DNA from: Selaginella moellendorffii
Taxonomy: Eukaryota > Plantae > Lycopodiophyta
Reading direction: 5' to 3'
NCBI RefSeq assembly: GCF_000143415.4
Contig: NW_003314371.1
Span: 327,380-391,379, forward strand
DNA: 64,000 nucleotides
A program made the position numbers and the translations under genes. The notes beneath the pieces were generated by a model. It saw only the letters and a program-made list of their open reading frames with translations. It did no database searches and was not told where the DNA came from. Below are positions 59,655 to 64,000 of this stretch, piece by piece. The first letter of the stretch is position 1; every line of letters starts with the position of its first letter.

Positions 59655-60595
59655 ATGGAGAGGCTGGTGGCGCGGTGTAAGAGCATGATAAGTGCAGCCG
59701 AGAAGAAGCTGTTTGGGCGGAGCAAGAGCAAGAAGAAGAAAGAGCTCCAGGAGCAGCTGGATGACATCCAAAAGATACTTGAGGTAAGTAAATAGCTTGG
59801 ATTGGAATGACAGCTTTGCTTCCTTCTATAGCGAATGGAGGCGCTTATGAAGGCCTCCTGTTCTTTCTCCTCTGTGACGACGGCTGCGAACCCTCCTCCT
59901 CCTGCGAATCCTCCTCGTGTGAAGCCTCCTCATGGCGCTTTGAAGCTGCTGCAGTTTGTGGGCACCTGTAGCGATAAAGGGGTCGCTCTTTTCATCGGAA
60001 CTCCGCCTACGACTATGGCGTTAAGCCCACAGCCAACGTGCATCGTCGTGGGTTACAAGGAGAGCATGGTGTGGAAGGAAGGTGGAGAAGTTACTGTGAC
60101 GATCAATGGGCAGACTGTGAAAGGTGAGGTTGTTTCCCTGTTTCGCAGGCAGCCTTGGGTGGCTGCTGTTGAGCTCTTCGAACCGGTAAGCTACTGCTTC
60201 AATATCCTGACTGATCCTGATCGGGTGTTTTTCTGATTCAGTTGGAACTACCTCCTAAGGTGCCTCTTATGGTTGGTCTGCCTCGAAATGAAGAGGTGGT
60301 TTTTGTGCGGCGGGCTGGAGAAGTTGAAATCCCTGCAATCGTCAAGGAGCACTACTTACCAGATGAAGTGGCTGGCATCGTCCCTGGTGTCCAAATGGGT
60401 GATGTTATCGTTGAATGGGATTCAGATTCAAGGAGCATGAGGCTGAGTGGGATTGTTGTCAAGACGGAGGAAGATGGTGCTGTGGTGGGGCTGCCCGTGG
60501 ATGACGCCACGCTATACTTTATTGAGGCGGACAAGAAGAGCTGGTACCGAACAAAATACCCAGGGCGACTCTTGGCGGTGCCGAAGTATGGGTAG
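59655..60595 (+). CDS. 278-aa orphan protein: N-terminal basic coiled coil plus a beta-rich trypsin-like domain (exons 59655-59783, 59832-60185, 60242-60595)
   Basis: Two canonical phase-0 GT-AG introns give an uninterrupted frame; the fold assignment is inference. Confidence 0.7.
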
Positions 60596-60924
60596 TTGGA
60601 ATGGTATGTGGCTGGTTTACGGTGGTTTGATACGATAGCTACTGATGGTTAGTGACGATTTTTTGTGTTAGATTGTTCAGACTGAACAACGACGGAAATA
60701 TGTAAATTTTAGACTTCTAGATTAATGGAAGAGCTGCTTTTGCTAGGCTCTGCAAATTCGCCATGTGCTACGTCTTCAAAATGATGCATTTGTTTCAGCT
60801 TGAGCTTCTTTTCTATCTATTATTACTTCTGGAAAGACTCTCTTATGGTTCATAACCAAGGTTGACCATAATACTCCGGCAGCTGTGTTAAGTATGTTCT
60901 ATGTTAAACAATTGGAGCCGTTCT

Positions 60925-62080
60925 AAAAAGGTGAAAGCAAAGCTAGCAAGACGAGGCCAATCTTACGTTCCAATGAAGACGCTCTCCCACTCCAGTCCCT
61001 TCGACTGCAGACGCAGAGCGCATGGTAAAAGCATATAAACACAATAAGAAGCTAAAACCTGATGCATCGTTGTCAACGTTACTGAATTATGATTTCTTCT
61101 CGGCCGTCGAAAGTTCTCGGTCTCTCCAACAGTTATATGTTCTAAGAAAGCTCTCAGAAGCACTGAGCATCCCGGCGGTCGAGAATTTTCTTTCACTTCC
61201 TCTTGGATCCTAAGGTGCTTACACAGAAATTCACATCATCCAAAAGATAGTCCAACACCTACAGAATCAAACACAATTTAGGCATTTTAAAGATGAAATT
61301 TGCTCACAGTCCAACAATCTTCATCCTAGTTCAAGAGTTTTCCCCCCGATTCATCCACGACTGCACGAGCTTCAAAATCGCGTCTCTGCAAAACAGGATA
61401 AGCATCTTGTTGAGAAACTTACTCTTACCTGAGGTAGCATATTCAATACAGCAGTCACTAGGCTCGACAAAGATTGTTCTGGTTCAAAATACAATCGACA
61501 AAATCAGATTGCCAGGGTCTACAAAACTTAAGCGTTTCACCATCTCCAATGCATACCTGTCAGAATACATGCGACCATTGTAGAGGTCTGATAATTCACA
61601 ACCCGAGTCAGAAATAAACTAGCAATGAAAAAAAAAGATTGTACCTTTCCACTTCCCAGCCCGGCAACAGTCAGAAGAATGTCGCTCACCGCTGCATCCC
61701 TTTGGGACACATTGAGCTTCCGGAGATACGTTGACATGAACCAGAACCTCCATCGCGAGCGTCCTCCTTCCACAAAGCCTATCAATCCCCTCAAAAGCGT
61801 CATCATCAAAATCGTCGAGGTCCTGCAATGAAGTATGGGGACCAACAGTGGATACTTCTGCTTTCCCCCCACACACAGCGGCATTCACACGGCCTTACCC
61901 CGCACACCTTCTTCCTGTCAAGGATTTCGATCTCTCATCACATTTTCGAGAGCAAAAACTACAAAATCGATACCTCTTATCCAAATGCGCGCCAGCGCCG
62001 ATGGATTTCCGAGCCAGTCGCGCCTTGGCAGCGCCTAGGCTCCGTGCTCGCTGCTCCTCGCTGAGAACGCATCCCTGCAT
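60925..62080 (-). pseudogene. SRS2 helicase pseudogene (copy 3, 5' part)
   Basis: Retains [13 protein letters not shown] and GLGSGK; has the same internal deletion junction as copy 2. Confidence 0.88.
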
Positions 62081-62444
62081 TTCAAAACCCTAGAGCGGGA
62101 AAAATCCATAAACCCTAAAAGCAGAAAAGAGGGCTTCTGGCAAAGTAAGTGCTTGGAATCATATGGCTTCTTCTTCCAATTGCTTGCAGCAACGGATCCT
62201 TGAAAGGTATTAGATACGTGAAAATTGCATTCTCTGTTGGAAAATCATGTGTTTGATTGAAACAGTGATCTTTGACGTACTATACTTTCTAAGCTATGAA
62301 ATTTTTCCAAGTGATATAGATACTAGTCTTGCAAGTGGAGTGGAGTCTTGAGCGATGTCGGCTTTTAATCACATAATTCTCCACCTTGAGGTGGGAGGAA
62401 TCGATACAAATGTCAACAGGGAAAGACAGAGACATCGATTCCGT

Positions 62445-62897
62445 TCAATCCAGGGACCAGATGAAAGCCCCAATTGCATACTGGCGCTTGGCTTCCAGGC
62501 CTCCCATGCTCCGCGCGGGCAGCCCATACTCCTCGAGCAGCCGATCCAGCAGCCACTCGGGCATCTGCTCGTACTCTGCCTTGGTGTACCTCGGGTAGTG
62601 AAGCGGCATCCGGAACTCGTATGGCACCGATGGATTGTGGAGCGAGATCGCCGAGTAGGGGCACCGCTCCTTCGTCGCCCTGATCGACTCCCGATCCTTG
62701 TGCAAATTCGCCGGGTGAGACGATGGCGATGGCGATGGCGATGGCGAACCATTGAGAGAAGCAGAGCTAGTAGTAGAGCTGCCGCTGCATCGAACGATCT
62801 GCCTCAGCCTCGCGGAGAAGGACGATCGCCGGAGATGGAAGCCCTCGGGCGGCGAGCCTCCTCCTCCAGCGCTCTCGGAGCCCAGCAGCATCACCAT
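62445..62897 (-). CDS. MPLHYPRY-family small protein, copy B of 51916-52338
   Basis: The C-terminal ~85 aa are identical to copy A; Ser/Pro insertions in the N-terminus. Confidence 0.85.
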   Translation of the reverse strand: MVMLLGSESAGGGGSPPEGFHLRRSSFSARLRQIVRCSGSSTTSSASLNGSPSPSPSPSSHPANLHKDRESIRATKERCPYSAISLHNPSVPYEFRMPLHYPRYTKAEYEQMPEWLLDRLLEEYGLPARSMGGLEAKRQYAIGAFIWSLD

Positions 62898-63644
62898 ACC
62901 TTGGATCTGGCAGAGGGGTTTAAATCGGAAAAGATGCTGTAGAATATTCTCTGCTAGATGCATAAAAGCATGGGAGTTACGCGCGAATGCAGGGAGAATC
63001 ATTGCTCCCACTGTTCTTCTACTAGATTACTACCTCACTCATTTCTAGAATTCTTGGAAAATTTCGTCGTGGATGATGATAGCTCATTCACCCGGATTCT
63101 TGATCACGCAATCCAGAAACAATGATATAATCTCTGCGCGGAAAGGACCAATTCATGGGTTTTTGTCGCGAGAGAGAGATCCCGGCCGGGCTTGGATCAC
63201 ATGAGCTCAAATGATAGCCAATCGCGGCCGCGCCTGGCGCTGGTTTGTTCCTCGCATCCCAGGCTCCAAAATTCCCAACCATGAGAGGGGAAATTCGATC
63301 CGTCTATCGATTGCATATAAGATCGTCGTGAGTCCCTCCAAAACCATCGCGTGGTTTTGGCTCGATCGATCGTGAAAGATCAACTCGCAACCAACCAAGC
63401 CCGGCTCTCACATGAAACACCACCGCTTGCAAAATCCATGCCCGGGAATACCCAAGTGTCCGTCCGGGAGTGGCCGCCATTCCCTCACGAGCGCCATACA
63501 AGCTCAAGGCTTGTATAAAATCTTTTGGCCCTCTCTCCGGCCCGGCTCGCCCCATTTGCATTCGCGGGGATCGTCGCTTCTCATTCCCAGATTTGATTCT
63601 CCTCTCTCCCCGCGCGAGAATCATATATATACCATCTCGCCCAA

Positions 63645-64000
63645 ATGCCTGTCAACCCCGAGGATCATCACCATCATCACCGCGCTTCTCCCTCCCGGAT
63701 CGACAAGAAGCCCAAGGAGGAGGAGTACGAGCTCGCCACCACCGATAGATTGTTCCATCTTTTCGAGGAGGAGGAGCCAGGGAAAGAGATGGCGTCGTCG
63801 GCAGCGGCTTTCACCACCATTCTTCCAGCGGCGAAGTGTCCGTACTCGGCTGTGGCCAAGAACCCCACGGTGCCGTACGTGTTCCAGATGCCACTCCACT
63901 ACCCGAGGTACACCAAGGCCGAGTACGAGGCCATGCCCGAGTGGCAGCTCGACCGCTTGTTCGAGGAGTATGGTCTCTCGGCGCTTATCACCGGAACTCT
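63645..64000 (+). CDS. MPLHYPRY-family small protein (divergent partner), truncated by the window edge
   Basis: Open frame MPVNPEDHHHHH...CPYSAVAKNPTVPYVFQMPLHYPRYTKAEYEAMPEWQLDRLFEEYGL. Confidence 0.85.
   Translation, partial: MPVNPEDHHHHHRASPSRIDKKPKEEEYELATTDRLFHLFEEEEPGKEMASSAAAFTTILPAAKCPYSAVAKNPTVPYVFQMPLHYPRYTKAEYEAMPEWQLDRLFEEYGLSALITGT

Larger units (their letters stand above)
54650..64000. repeat. Segmental duplication unit B (rearranged; runs to the window end)
   Basis: Starts with an ICME last-exon remnant (GATTTTGCTCAAGCT...GTGAGCCCC at ~54699) and continues colinear with unit A. Confidence 0.9.

Noticed and set aside
57630-62080. SRS2 copies as processed retrogenes or a Helitron helicase
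   Set aside because: Introns are retained, and the helicase is UvrD/REP type rather than PIF1/Rep; these are DNA-level duplicates.

Overview
Gene-dense eukaryotic plant DNA with very short (~45-75 nt) introns. Gene content (single-DUF26 receptor kinases, PLS-E PPR genes, a CHD3-type MOM1, a likely sperm-flagellar protein) suggests a lycophyte, most likely Selaginella; this is inference. From left to right: a decayed Ty3/gypsy element with one LTR, a DUF26 kinase, a PYL ABA receptor, ATE1, IMP4, a hidden 4-exon orphan gene, a truncated second DUF26 kinase, a cysteine-synthase-like gene, an EF-hand/DIEGA-motif gene and a Pol III-type U3 snoRNA gene. Next is a compact ~19 kb block of silencing/chromatin genes: PRP31-like, Pol V largest subunit NRPE1, an RNF5-like RING, a MOM1 with CW+PHD+2 chromodomains, and NFRKB. 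Two PPR genes and an ICME-like esterase follow. The right third is a ~10.4 kb tandem segmental duplication (Ole e 1/proline-rich genes, SRS2 helicase, small MPLHYPRY proteins) with reciprocal pseudogenisation and an inserted orphan that resembles a catalytically dead trypsin-fold protein. The strongest candidates for something new are (1) the NRPE1 WG/GW tail, built from symmetric micro-exons and a 48-bp repeat in which each unit carries an in-frame 5' splice site, (2) a CW zinc finger at the N-terminus of MOM1, and (3) physical clustering of NRPE1, MOM1, PRP31-like and NFRKB. All exon boundaries were read by eye and no database searches were run.
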